Shown in pieces: positions 26,292 to 41,576 of a stretch of DNA of 64,000 bases. The stretch covers positions 91,884,001 through 91,948,000 of the forward strand of contig OX597814.1 of NCBI GenBank assembly GCA_951406725.2, given 5' to 3'. Origin of the DNA: Octopus vulgaris (taxonomy: Eukaryota). Positions within the stretch are counted from its first letter, which is position 1; each line of letters starts with the position of its first letter. The notes beneath the pieces were generated by a model. It had not been told where the DNA came from. It saw only the letters and a program-made list of their open reading frames with translations, and made no database searches. Position numbers and translations under genes: made by a program.

Positions 26292-26680
26292 GGAAACGCA
26301 TGATTGGTGTGTGGTAAGAAGCTTTCCACGTGGTTCCGGGTTCAGCACCAATGCATGGAACCTTAGGCAACTGTCTTCTACTATAACCTCGGGCTGACCA
26401 AAGCTTTGTGAGTGGATTTGGTAGACAGGAACTATAAGAAGCCCGTCGTATATATATACATATGTATGTGTGTGTCTGTTTCTCCCCCTACCATCACCTT
26501 ACAACCGATGTTAGTGTGTTTACGTCCCCGTAACTTTCCTGTTCGGCAAATGTTTCAGATAGAATAAATACTAGGCTTACAAAGAACAAGTTCTCTGGTC
26601 AACTTGTTCAACTAAAGGCGGTGCTCCAGCATGGCCTCAGTCAAATGACAGAGAACAGGTACAAGAATCAAAGAATAATA
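26292..26680 (+). mobile_element. SINE family A
   Basis: gtgtggtaagaagct...ggttccgggttcag...ggcggtgctccagcatggcctcagtcaaatgac. Confidence 0.8.
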
Positions 26681-26903
26681 GAATGCTGGTTAAAATTACC
26701 GAAACCTGGATTCACCTCGAACCACGCTTGTAGATAGAATTTGAATGAAGGAGCACAACAGAATAATTTGGGTTGCATACGCGACTTCACATACTCTGCG
26801 TAGCAGAAAAACATGTCGGTCCTTTATTCTAACCAACTAAACGACAAACTGTTAAATTTAAAAGAAAAATGTTAAGATTTACTGTCTCCGTACGTTTTGT
26901 AAT

Positions 26904-26962
<59 letters not shown>

Positions 26963-27200
26963 GTATATGTAGTTGAAATTTCTCACTCTCTATATATTTA
27001 TATGTGTGTGTGTGAGTGTGTGTGTGTGCGTGTGTGTGTGTGTGTATGCATGTATGTATGTATGCATGCATGTATGTATGTATGTATGTATGTGTGTATG
27101 TATGTATATGCAGTTCAAATATATAGAGAAACAAAAGACAAAGACAGTTGTATGAACGAACAAGTGTATTAGTTTGACGTTCGGGTAAAATGAAATAGTA

Positions 27201-27234
27201 TTTTACGTTTCGAGCCTACGCTCTTCAACAGAAA
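27201..27234 (-). ncRNA. Minimal hammerhead, CUGUUGA core variant
   Basis: uuu CUGUUGA A GAGC-GUAG-GCUC GAAA CG UA aaa; core and stem II identical to the copy at 52715. Confidence 0.6.
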
Positions 27235-27753
27235 GGAATAAGAGGAAAAGTGAGATTGAAAAACAAAGTATAGAGTTCAGCTGTCAATAAGGCGAATAAC
27301 TGTAAAAAGGAGGTTGAAAGAATGGAAGATAAGAATTTAAAAAATGAGGTTGAATGAAAGGGAGAAAATAATAGTGCTAATAATCCCAACAAGATGTGCG
27401 TGTGCGTGTGTTTGTATGTGAGAATAGTGTGTTTGAGTGTGTAAGTGTATGTGTGAATATGGAGGAGTGACTCTGACGTGTGTGAGTGAGTGCGTATGTA
27501 ACGTGTGTGTATATGTTCAGGTATTATTTACCTGTGTTTTTGTGACTGGGTGCATGATGGAATATGGTGCGTATACTGAGTTAAACAGTGTGTGTCGCTA
27601 CTAATATAGTGGTATGTGTGATGACGCTATCGAAGATGGTATGTGGTTGTGTGGATGATAGTGTATGGTGTGCATGCTGAAAAGTGGTCAGTGCTAGTGT
27701 ACGTAAAGTGGTGTGGGGTTGGTGTCAAAGGAAGAGTGGAAGTAAGACTGGTG

Positions 27754-29250
27754 TTAGATGAAGAGTGGTGGTGAGTTGAGACCATGTAAAGCAACAGAGC
27801 GAAGAGAGAAGACTAAATCCTGTACGCAGCAGGAGACTGGAGCCCGGGTGGCCCCTATGCAAAGAGAAGGTAGGAGTGTGAGTCATTGTGTTTATATTTG
27901 ATGGAGGTAGTGAGACCGCAGTAGGGTATGCTTACAGAAAAGTTGAGAAATTCGACGGAAGCGTTAGTAATAGAGCACGAAATTTCGAGGCCAGGAAGGA
28001 ACGATTGGACAAAAGAGAGGAAGAAGTCTAGTTTTTTGCAGGAGAGTGAGGTCGCACCGATATAGTCATCGATATCGGGAGTGAGACCAGTGAATTGTAA
28101 GAATATTTGGGCCTCAACGTAGCCAAGGAATAGGTTCGCTAGAAGAGAAGAAAGAATTAAACAGACGGAGAGCATGGTTAGTGTCGTGCATGTGGGGTGG
28201 GACAAGCCACTAGGGATGGGCAGGAATACGGTCGAGATTTTGGGGGATCATTCCCGTGGGGCCGTTGCAGGCGGAAACAATGGGGCGGCCAGGGTTGTTG
28301 GGCTTGTGAATTCGGGAAAGGAATTAAATAGTAGCGGTGTGTGGGTTGTGGACAATGATGTTTGAGGTGATGAAAGGGAGAAATGAGGACATGAATAGTG
28401 GAGGACAACGTCTGCTGGTAGTTAGATGAGGGTAGGCGAGCAGATGGCAAACGAAGGAGGTATCTTGAAGTTAAATGTCTGCGCAGGACACCACTACAGA
28501 TCCACCCTTGTCGGCTGGTTATATGATGATATCTTCGCCTCAACGGAGATATCGAAGGGTTCGGGCGGGGAGGTGTTGAATATCCGGGACGCCTGCGAAA
28601 GTTGAACTGATCCACAACAGGTTCGCAAATACTTGCAAAATGATCAGATGTTTGGAAATGCCCAGGACCTGGCATCCAGTGGTATGCTCAGCAGCCCAGG
28701 CCGGTGAAACAGTCTTCTTCATTAGATGTAGGTGGAGTGTTGGGGAATAGTGCATGTAGTCTGACGCGGTGCACAGTGCTATGAACATCAGCACGGATCT
28801 GAAACTCGTTACTGGATGGTGTGAGGGGGTGAAGCGCAGGCTCTTACTGAGAAGAGAACGCCCGCTTCAGAGACAAAACGATCAAGAAGAATGGGAATAA
28901 TAGACTCAAGGGGGGAGAAGGAGGGTGAGTTAAGTGTGGGATGGTGGTGGGGCGGTGGAAGTCTAGGAGGAGACAGTGGAAAAAGTAGTGCGTGGGAGGG
29001 TTTGGAGTAATGGAAGCGTAGTAGTGAGGATCAGTAGGGAGTGGATCAGGAAGGGTGGGGGAAAGTTGAGGATGTAGTGGAATCGGGTGGGACGTGATGA
29101 AAGAGTGAATGGAGCTTATGTTGTTTAGTGCGAGGTAGAAAGTCGTGGAACATGTGGTATAGATGGAGTATGAAGAGTAAGGTGAAATGTGAAATGCATG
29201 GTGGGCAACAGGAGAAACAGGTAGAATAAGCGAGAAGAAGAAGGCGGTCG
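27754..29250 (-). pseudogene. PLE RT/GIY-YIG remnant
   Basis: LRFTPL, IKPADKG-like, ANLFLGYVE, IDDYIGATSLS, SIKYKHNDSHSYL, QDLVFSLRSVALHGLN; many stops and frameshifts. Confidence 0.8.
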
Positions 29251-29604
29251 AAGGTGTATATTTTAGAGAGATGTGGTGTGTAAACATATGTGTGTATGTG
29301 TGTGCGAGTGTGTATGCCCAAACTGTGCATGTGTATCGTGTATATATGTGGGCGAAAGTTGTGTTTGTCTATGTATGTTGCGTATGTTAATGCGTGTTGT
29401 GTGTGTATGTAAATTGTCTGTGTTCAGGTATTATGTGCTTGTCTGGGTGTGGCAATATGTGTGTGTATGTGTGTGTGTGTAATATGTCGAATATTATAAA
29501 GTAAAGCAATGGGGAGTTTAAATGGATATGAATTAAATTAGCATATTGTTAATGAGGCCTGCAATTCTTTTAATTTTTATATAATATATCTATAGCTATC
29601 TATC

Positions 29605-29638
<34 letters not shown>

Positions 29639-29809
29639 TATGTATATGTACATATACATATATACCTACGCATGTGTGCGCGCACCTGTGTGTGCGTATG
29701 TGTTAAACAGAAGGGATATCGTGTATCGAAATCTAAAAATATTGCAAGAAATCTTGATGTTAGGATATCTATCTGAATGAATTACTGTTTCTCTGGCTAC
29801 TATGGTCTG

Positions 29810-29845
<36 letters not shown>

Positions 29846-30369
29846 CCTCTCCGTCTCTCTTTCTCTTTCTCTCTCTCACTCACTCTATCGCTCTCTTTCC
29901 CTCTCTCTTTCGTCATTCATCACAATCTAAATAAATTATTTATGTCATGCATGCTGATATAGGTTTTTCTGCATGCTAGATGAATGACATAAACCTCTCA
30001 ATCAGCCGCACTACAAGCTGAAGAAGGAGCTTGTTACAGGGTTATTGTCTTTTGTAAATTAATGGCAAATACTTTCCCTGTTTAGATGAAGCTACAGAGA
30101 TAACGTAAATTAACAAGACCACCCTAGAAGTAACAGATCTTTTAAGATATCAAAAAGTCACCCAGGAAGTGTCCACAGTCAACTGTTGAATAATTGCCAT
30201 TAGCACTAAACAGAATCAATACGAGCATGATAAACTTAGGATAACAGGTAATAACCATCCTCAGACCAATCGAGTGACAAAGATATACAGGTTCATGAAT
30301 TGTAGAGAACCATTCCTTCACGTGAAGATTCGATAAGTTTGTCACGAATTCATTAATTCTCGATTACTA

Positions 30370-31341
30370 TCATAGTGAATGTGTGATGTTAAATGACCTG
30401 TACGGATGACCATTTACGCGAACTTCCGAGCTGTATAAGGCAGCGATCCAACCGAACCGCGGAAGACGGGACCGAAACCAGCCTCTCTAAAGATAGTCTG
30501 CACGTAGCGATGTTCGACCCTATCGAAAGCTTTCGATTGATCCAAATTGATCAGCGCCCTACACATACCAGGTTCCTTAACTACCCTGTCTATGACGTAC
30601 GCATCAGATGGAGGTTGTCATAGATACTCTTGCCCGGCACGACGCACATTTGCACCTTGACGACCATTTTCTCGATGACAAGCGCCAAATCTTCAAATCT
30701 GCGCTGAACTGAGTGATGGTCCTGAAGTTATCTATGACGTTCCTCTTGTTTGGATCTTTCTTTATCAGTGCCACCGCCCTCGCTTCACAGAAACGGGGAT
30801 ACTCCCGTTTTGTTGACAGTTGCAGTAGACCGCTGCCAAGACGCGTTCGAAAAATACATAATTTTTTTTTCTTCAACTTTAAAGCTGCAGCAAAATTACT
30901 TTGTGTGTTCTTATTTGTTCTGGTGGTGATATTGGTGGTAGTGGCAGTGGTGAAGGAGTTTTTCTAGTAGTAAACGTTGTCTTTACTTTGTTCATATCTT
31001 CTACGGCTACACTCGTGTCATTGTCTGTGTGTTGAAGCGGAACGACGTTTTTTTCAGCCTCCGTCAACTCCGGCTCGGGTAGTGGTGGGAAGTCAATGAG
31101 ATGAATGCTGGCCTCTTCGTTTGATTTAGCCATTTTCGTTTAGAAGATGACAAAGGAAAACCAAAGAAATTTTTTAAATTTTGAAAATCACCCACAGTAG
31201 GGGTTGGGGATTTCCTATTAAAAGATTTTGTTTAGTTAAAGGAGATGTTAAACAACTATTTGACAAAAAAATTTAACAACAAACAGTTTTCAATACAAAT
31301 AAAGCCAACTTACTTGGAGCCGATCTGTCAACAATCCACTC

Positions 31342-31342
<1 letters not shown>
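30370..31342 (-). mobile_element. Tx1/L1-clade LINE: 5' end, ORF1 start and deleted RT fragments
   Basis: ORF MAKSNEEASIHLIDFPP..., then LIKKDPNKRNVIDNFRTITQFSADLKI and ALINLDQSKAFDRVEHRY (RT motifs); 5' end abuts a (GATA)n array. Confidence 0.75.
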
Positions 31343-31404
<62 letters not shown>

Positions 31405-31405
31405 G

Positions 31406-31456
<51 letters not shown>

Positions 31457-31522
31457 CAGATAGATAGATAGATAGACAGATAGATAGATAGATAGATCGA
31501 TAGATAGATAGATAGATAGATA

Positions 31523-33061
<1,539 letters not shown>

Positions 33062-33190
33062 GGACGGACGGATGGATGGATAGCGAGAGGGCAATAGAGA
33101 TTGGTAGATAGATATATGTCTGTATATCTGTGTCTTTGTACGTGCGTCTGGGTATTTCTAAGTGCGTGTGTATATGTTAGTACATATATA

Positions 33191-34030
33191 CAGTGTGCGA
33201 CGAGTAAATTATCGCCGTTTCATATTTTACATTTCGCGCATGCGCATTTTTAATTTTGATTTTGTTGATTACACAGTATTGTAGGTTTAATTGGGCAGCG
33301 TCTGCAACAAAAGCAGCACCATGACGCAATTCACTCTGCTATAAATTTGAAAACATGTTGTAGTGCTTTGCATTCACGCCGGAAGCTCCAATTGAAACAT
33401 TTCAGTATGTTTGGCCGTCAATCTGAGGATGTGAACCGAGAGTGATAAAAATCAAACATCCAGTCCACGTCATTGTGTTTGGAGTGATCACTAGTGATGG
33501 CCACGTTAGCCTCCATTCATCTTCTCACACGGCCACATACACAACACCGAAAATTACATCAACTGCCTGGCGGAGGTAGTGCTGCTTTGGGTCAAGAGGG
33601 TGGCTGCTGGAAGACCCTATGTCAGGCAACAAGACTCTGAAGCATGCCACACAAGCAGGAGAACCCAGAAAATTTCTGAAACCACATCACCCCTAATATC
33701 TGGCCACTTAACTCCCCAGACTACAACCTCATTGATTATTATGATTGGGGCGCAATTGAGCGAGGGACCAACAAAACTCTTTCTAGCACCAAAAATGAAC
33801 TGAATGCAAGGATTATGCCAGCCTTCACTACCTGAAACAAAGAGACCGCCCAGAAGAGTTGCATGAGATTCAGAAATCGTCTGGAGGTTGGGGTTGAAGC
33901 AAAAGGCGATTTTATTGAATAAGTCTACTCTTTAGTATTTCAAGATATTTTATGTTATTTTGGTAAACGTATCTATTAAAATGAGACGTTAGTTCTATTT
34001 TCATTTTTGCGTAACTTAGACGACAGTTGA
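33191..34030 (+). mobile_element. Tc1/mariner-superfamily remnant (maT/DD37D-like)
   Basis: KHPVHVIVFGVITSDG, RPYVRQQDSEACHTS, WPLNSPDYNLIDYY; homologous to 49620-50456. Confidence 0.8.
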
Positions 34031-34317
34031 TATAAATATGTATGTGTGCGTGCGCGCATGCGTGTGTGTCTGTGTTTGTGAGTGTGAGTGGATGTATATA
34101 TGCGAATGCGATTAGCTGTGAAAAATGGAAGGTGCTACTACGGAATAAGAAATGTTGCTGCCAGTAAATAATTAGGTACAATTCCGGATTCACCGAAGAG
34201 TCTATGGAATGATATGTCTAAAATTATTTTCTAAATATTGGAAACATGATTGCTCTTTGAGCATATGTGAGAAGCCAGAGAAATGAAGAAATATACATAT
34301 GTGTGTGCGTTTGTGTG

Positions 34318-34364
<47 letters not shown>

Positions 34365-34544
34365 TTAGAGACAAAACCACTATTATGCAAATATATATAT
34401 ATACACCCCACACACACACACATATATATTTTCAAACTTGAATTTTGCCATATATATATCAACTCGTGTTCCTTTTCAACCTTGTACATATATATACGTG
34501 TGTGTGTGTGTGTGTATGTGTGTACACCAGAGTAAGTGCATAAA

Positions 34545-35020
34545 TGCAAAACAAGGTGGAAAAATTAGTACTCGAATACCAGAGGTAGAGTAATATGCTT
34601 TATTATGTTTATATACTGCTAAGTTTATATGTAATCTAGCGTGGAAAATGTTTTAAATGTATTTGTTTTAATTTATTAATTTATTAATATTTTACAGCTA
34701 ATTATTTACCCTGGGTATTTAGGATTTTTCCTTCGTTATAAGCTATTTTTGTTTTAAGGTTTTCTTCGATTTTTAATAATATGATTTTAAACCGCAATTT
34801 GTTGTTGTATGTAACCGATTATTGAAAAGACCGCTAGTTGAAATGACCAATGAATTAAAACAAATTTCAAATGTGCTTCTATCACACTAATTATATAGTT
34901 ATGCATATAGCTTTATCTTTGTTCCATTCTAAACGAAACTGTCCGACGAACGGGAACGTGAAACTCAGCGTAACAGTTTAGTGATATTTTTGCTGCTTTT
35001 TAATTAATAAAGTATATTCG
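34545..35020 (+). mobile_element. Short non-coding PLE-derived element with inverted end and hammerhead
   Basis: aatatgctttatta (~34592) is the inverted copy of taataaagtatatt (~35005); hammerhead near the 3' end; bounded by microsatellites. Confidence 0.55.
34936..34979 (+). ncRNA. Type I hammerhead, CCGACGA (U4C) core
   Basis: AAACUGU CCGACGA ACG-GGAA-CGU GAAA C-UCAGC-G UA ACAGUUU; perfect 7-bp stem I. Confidence 0.75.
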
Positions 35021-35024
35021 TATG

Positions 35025-35090
<66 letters not shown>

Positions 35091-35098
<8 letters not shown>

Positions 35099-35316
35099 TA
35101 AATTAGAGACAAAACTATTAGGCAAATCAAACAATGAAAGACTTAAGCCAATACATATGATTAATTTATATTATATAAATATGTAACAATTATATTAATT
35201 ATATTTTTTAATAATTGTTACATATTTAAATAATATAAATTAATCATATGTATTGGCTTAAGTCTTTCATTGTTTGATTTGCCTAATAATGGTTTTGTCT
35301 CTAATTTAATATAATA
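35091..35316. repeat. ~100-bp-arm palindrome between (TA)n tracts
   Basis: aattagagacaaaac...gtaacaatta inverted as taattgttac...gttttgtctctaatt; a related end fragment lies at 34358-34390. Confidence 0.85.
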
Positions 35317-35400
35317 TAATATTTTACTATAAAATTGGATTCAATCCTAAATCTGATTTTTTCCCTGTAAGTTTGGATTTATTCCCTAATATTTATTATC

Positions 35401-35440
<40 letters not shown>

Positions 35441-36015
35441 TATCTGTGTATGTATATGTGTATGTGTGCATTCATATGTGTATTATTTGTGTGTGTATGT
35501 GTGCTGTAAAACCAGAAATTAAACTTTGTCGAGTGCATTTAATTTCCGCATGCTTAAACTAGACATCATGTCTAGGATGTATGTCTTTTTAATTCCGGAA
35601 GAAAGTTCCTTAATCGTTCATGTTGAATATCTAACCCATCATATACGTATATATCATTTACTGCACATTCAATGAGATGATGCCAACAGCTGTGTGGATA
35701 TAGTAACCATTTTATTGACATTATTTGCGAACATCTTTTTTTTCCTTCTATGTTTTCCGTCTTAACTTAAATACTCGATGTTTAACTATTGCACCGTTAG
35801 CCTCATAGACAAGATGGAAAAAAGGAGAAAAACCAACCACTGAATCTAAATCGCAGCTGGAATCAAATTCCCAGTTGAAAATATATCTTTTCACTTAAGT
35901 TGTTAAAATACTTTTAGAAAGTTTTAAATAAGTGGGCATAAAACATGGGGCAGGAAATATGTTTCCACGGCATGGCATTTTGAGATAGAAAAATATTAGG
36001 ATATAATATTATACG

Positions 36016-36542
36016 TACGTAAATCCTCGAGTATAATCCGCATATTTTTCTCAAAATTTAAAGGTCAAAATACCTAGTGCATATTATACATTAGGTTAAA
36101 GAGGAATATTATTTTCTAAGCAATGTTCGAGTCTCTATTTGCTGTCCGGCAATGTTTATTCAGGCGCATTTTGTGATGTCGGGCTTGAAAATACCTTAGG
36201 CTAAGCCTGAAAGGAATGAAGTCATAAAAGAATAATCCATAACTTGCAGTAAGCAACATTTATTAAACGTTATTACTATTATTTCTTTATTTTCTGCAAA
36301 CAAAATGCACAAAAATGCTACATGTTTACATTATGTTATATATACAATAATAATAATAATAATAATAAAGGATGTTACGGTATACATTTTTACAAACCAA
36401 GGACGTTATATAGACCTCTTTGACTCAAGTTAGAGAACGGGTGCGTATTATACACAGGGTTTAGGTTTTTCAGAGGTACAGCCCTCTAAAAATCCCCTGC
36501 GTATTATACTCAAGGGCGGACTATACTCGAGGATTTATGGTA
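36016..36542. mobile_element. pogo/Tc1-mariner-type MITE
   Basis: TIRs cgtaaatcctcgagtataatccgc / gcggactatactcgaggatttatgg with TA flanks and subterminal tgcgtattatac repeats. Confidence 0.85.
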
Positions 36543-37611
36543 TTTCTTTACATAAATATACTAAACACTTTATTGCAGGTAAAACTTCAAACACAAGGAT
36601 ACTAAAGAATAAATGACGTCTTTCAGATGGTTTGAAAGTTTAGGAAATCTTGCTCTCTCTAGAGTCGAAAATAGCATTAATTACTCCAATTATTTCCGCA
36701 GTCATTCGTTATGAAGAAACACTTTAAAATTACAGTCATTCTGAAATGCCGACTGACTGACGCAAATCAATATTTATCATACGTTCGTAAGATACTGAGT
36801 TGCTACCGAAAAGTTCCACTTGCATAAAGAAAAGAATTTTTTCTAATGAGGCTGCTTATTTCTGTTCTTGAAATTCGGCTGTACTAATACACTGCTTCGA
36901 AGAGTTTTGTTTCTATTTATACCGACTGAAGCACAGTAGATGCTATTATTTGAGTGCTTTTCAAAGGGAGGAAATGTAAACACTTCATTGGTTCAAGGGA
37001 ACAAAATATCACTATTTACCTTACTGTCATCGCATTGATATTTTTTCGGCCATCTCAGTTATGCAAATATACTACCGACGGGTTTCCATCTGCAAGATTC
37101 TTTGGTCCGAGGAAATGATAGAAGAATTTTGCTCAAAACACTATGCCGTGGGATCGAACATACATTACTGTTAAATGATTCTGTACTTAAGCCTATAATC
37201 ATAAATAATCACGAAATCACGCAGTTATCATAAAAGATGTTTCTTTCACCCCCAAAAATGTACGATAATGACTTCCAAAACCTGCAAGACATCCATTTAC
37301 AGCATATAAAGTCATGTTCACCGTGTACTAAACTGTAACCCGTGTAATTAGCCTCTGTCCAGACTAAACAGAATGTATTTTGATTTGCTCAGGGTATTGT
37401 CTCTTGCACATAATTCGTCATTGGCATATGGCTGAGTCGAACTTTAGTAGAGTTCATTCGAATTGCAAACTGGCGTTACTTATTTACACGTCTACCAATA
37501 CGATAACAATTAAACTAGACCGGAGGTTATACAAAAATATTTAATCAAACTGATATTTTCTTATATCATTTGTCCCGCTCAATTATTGAACGCAATACTA
37601 CAACTTAATTC

Positions 37612-37818
37612 TACTCTAGGCACAGCACCCGAAATTTTGGAGGAGGGGCCCATTCGATTAGATCGACTCCAATACGCAACTGGTACTTAATTTACCAACC
37701 TCGAAAGGATGAAAGGCAAAGTTGACCTCGGGGAATTTCAATTCAGAACGTAAAAACGGACGAAATACCGCTAAGCATTTCGCCCGATGTGTTAACGTTT
37801 CTGCTAGATCGCCGCCTT
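37612..37818 (-). mobile_element. SINE family B
   Basis: gaaaggatgaaaggcaaagttgacctcgg...gaaataccgctaagcatttcgcc. Confidence 0.85.
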
Positions 37819-40800
37819 AAAATGTTACTGAAGTAAATAACTAGTCATTTGAAAATATTTAGGTACAACATATGAATGGGACTTTTGGATTTTCTACTGG
37901 TATTTACCATGCGCTGTTATCTTGAAAGGTAAATGCTTTCAAATAATTGAATAATTGAAGCCTGCTTCTCCAGATGTTGTATATACATGGATTCTGAATA
38001 TACATAAGGTAATATTTGAATATTGCCCGTTCGTATTGCAGTAATATTTATTTTCTAGTGTTCTAATTGCTTTGCAATTTCGGACTTTAACTGTGATTCA
38101 TGTATGGATCAACACAACTATGTTCAGTGAATTAATTAATAACAACTTTCTTGGATATAAGAGGATCTATTCATATAACAGTATGCAGAAAATAAATCCA
38201 ACGAAATTATGAACAAATGCCTGAATTAATAATTCCTGTATATTATAATAAAAACATGAATCTGACAGTAATTCTTTATACCGTTTTAAGCGGAGAATTG
38301 ATTTAGACAGGTCTTGTGTTCAATGATAATTCTATTCACATTAAGATGTGATAGGACTACTAACTCGACTAAAGGTCTTAACCTGTATCTTTAATAGCGA
38401 TGCTGATGTTTCCCATACATTAACCCAATCTAAATACAAATATTTTTAATATTAATGTTAAATTTAATATTCACATATAACATTAGCTCATAACTGAGGA
38501 AATGTTGATTTTTAGCTCCAGATCCAGCCTGGTGTATAATCAAAGGCACTTAAGTGACAACTGCCACAAAATATTTGAGACTGTGGATATCCACGATCCC
38601 ATTATCCAACGTATCCATCTCTCTTTACGACAGAAGTGTGCTATTTGAAGGAAGTTTGGAAGCGACTTCAACTAAATAGGCGAACTTTTCTTTTCCTGTT
38701 TAATTCTTGTCTCTGTTAGTAATACATAAATAAAAATGGGTTTAATAAAGCACTCTGACAAGAAACTTCCGATCCAAGAAATGAGAGACGGCTGAAATCA
38801 ATAGGCAGCAGATTAGCTGACAGATTCTCACGCCAGACAGGATGGGATATCACTTTTTCTTTTTAGAGTTTCACAAGTTGTATTTAGCATTATATTAATG
38901 TTCAATTAGATAATGCTTTATTCGTTAGGTTTCCTTTTCTATGCAGCTAATATAGTCTCCTTATAAATGAAAGTAGCAAACTAGGTTGCGATGTCTATTG
39001 GAATTATTTGGTATGTGCGTTACTTAATTTGATGTTTTTCCCTCATATATTTAGACGTGATTCATAATTGAGAAATAACTATTTTGCTGTATAAATTAGC
39101 TTTCATGAAACAAAGTTATGTCAAGTAATCACCTATAGCCATGCAAGACGGATACGCTGCTGTTTTAGAAAATAAAATAGAAACTAAATGAAATTCATTT
39201 TGTGAGTTAAGAGATTCGTGACAAATATATGAATAACAAAAATATTTCAGATTCGAACGCCTCTTCAATATTATTCATTCAGTAAGTGCTATTTAACAAA
39301 AGTTATCACAATTAGTAACCCCACCCTAAAGAATTTATTTCGTGACATATATAAAATATATCAGAAAACAGTAAAGCGTGATTCTTAGTTTATTTCTTCC
39401 CTTCTCTATTTTGACAGATTCTTAATCTCGCCTAATTTCAGTGTACAAATAAGCATCATGGTATAGAAATGGTATAGAAATCAGCACTTCTTTTATGAGC
39501 AGAATAAACTATTCTTTTGGTGAAAGCATCACATCAGTGACCTGACAGGTTTTTAAGACTAAAAACATTGCACTTTTTAATTCATGTCTAATAAATTGTG
39601 ATTAGTGTATTTAGAGGCGAAATTAAAGGCGTGGATTTATGTTATTTAGCACGTAAAGCAACAAATATTGATTTTATCCTCCCACGTTATATTTTTTTTC
39701 TTTTTGGAGTCATTCTGAACAATGTTAATATTTATCGTGGGAATAACACAAATGCTATAATGGTAATATTTTTTATATACAGCCAAGCTTTTGCAGGCAA
39801 TTTCATGATAAATAAAGAAGAAATTATTTAAAAGAATTTAGTAAAATTGCCAAATTGTATTCAAAAGGAAATATTTTGATAATATTGTAATCGGTGTTAT
39901 TAATAATAGCTATGCTCATTTAGTCGTGTGTGAGTATGTGCATATGGGCCTAAGTTTATGTATGCGTATGTGTGTTTACATATATAGAATATATTTTTAC
40001 AGATATAATACACATACATGCACATTCATATATAAATACAATTATATATAAACATACATATACGTGTAAAAAAACACATACACATACACACACATAGAAC
40101 TGGTGGCAAAGCTTATAATTCACGAATCGGCATGCTTGTGTGTGCACACCCATGCACACACAAGCTTACACACACAAGCATTCACACACACACACACCCA
40201 CGCACACACAGATACACACACACATATCTACAAGCCTATGTTTATGGATATAAATATACACAAATATATAAATGTTTGGCTTTAGTCTCTTTTTGGAAAC
40301 AGAGACTGTTTTATTGTAATGTTATTTTGTAAATATAGTATACGCATTACTGGTTTTAGTTAACTTATAATTATTATTCATCTGTTCAGCTAATTAATAA
40401 TTTAAGTAATTAATTCCTCGACTGAAGTGAGTAATTGGTATATCAAAGTGTTTTCGTTGCTATTTGTGATCTCACTGAGAATGTGTCTTTGTTGATCCCA
40501 TCCGACCACGCTAGATCTGAAAATGTTTTTCGTATCCTTTTTGCTACGTCCATTAGTGAGTGTGTGTATGATGATATATGTTTGGGTATAATAGTTCTTT
40601 TGTTATAATTTCTTTTTTCTTTTTTCTTTTGCATCATTCTTGTATAGTTTCTACGTAGGGGGCAGTATCTCTGGCCGTGCGTCTAAGCGTATATTTATAT
40701 TTGCACTTGTGCGTGTGTACACGTATATACATCGTTGCGTAAATTTGCGAATCCAGTCATACTTATGTGCAAACATATGTGTGCACACATTTTCACATGT

Positions 40801-41437
40801 ACACATATCCTCATACATTTGTTTAAATATGCATTTCTACGTAGTCACACACATGCTTTCATATATACCCACCCGTAAATGTTGATGACCCGGTCAAAAA
40901 AATATCGATGCTGCTGGATTCGTTGCTGATTTTACAATATTTCACACTTATAACTAATAGTGTACAAGAGTTGCTCCTAATGCAGTTACACACAAGGACT
41001 CATGCACACACACACACACACACACAGGCTTATACACACATACACACACTCTCACACACAAGCACACACAACCACGAGCCAAATCCTCCACCCACACACA
41101 TACTGACGCCCTCATTCTCCCAAGTATACTTCAACCATGTATCTACATTGCAGCTGAACTGTCGTAATTTAACTCTTATTTTAATTTCAATATGATCCAC
41201 ATTTCCTCTATGTTTATAGTGTATACCCTTTGTCGTTACGTCCCACGTTAATGTTTTTTATACTCATCTATTCTCTCTCTCGGATATATTACGAGCGATT
41301 TTCCCTGTATAAGAAATAGTAGAATATATCTAGTCACCCTCTGTTGATTTCTTCGTTTGCACTACATTCCTATGTGTGTGTGTGTGTCTGTCTGTCTGTC
41401 AGTCTGCCTCTGTCGGCGTACTATTGAAATTCTTTTA

Positions 41438-41525
41438 CTTCCTACATATGTTTCGAAGACAACATTGGTATTATTCCAGAAGGTATAAAATGGTGTAAAA
41501 CAATGCAATCTTCTCATCAGGGAAA
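41438..41525 (-). ncRNA. Canonical type I hammerhead with extended stem II
   Basis: UUUCC CUGAUGA GAAGA(uugcauug...caauguug)UCUUC GAAA C-AUAU-G UA GGAAG; all core nucleotides present. Confidence 0.9.
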
Positions 41526-41576
41526 GAAAGAAACCAAACACATCAATAAGTTATTTCAACAGAATATGATAACTGC

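Larger units (their letters stand above)
27125..29460 (-). mobile_element. Decayed, internally deleted PLE (Poseidon/Penelope-like)
   Basis: RT fragments and GIY-YIG tail, plus 3' tail with a hammerhead. Confidence 0.8.
16250..30246 (+). repeat. Old tandem segmental duplication (unit 1 ~16250-25000, unit 2 ~25010-30246) inflated by independent TE insertions
   Basis: Collinear homologous blocks: 16250-17200 with 25010-25705; 18345-18475 with 29477-29605; 24437-24995 with 29662-30246. Confidence 0.85.
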
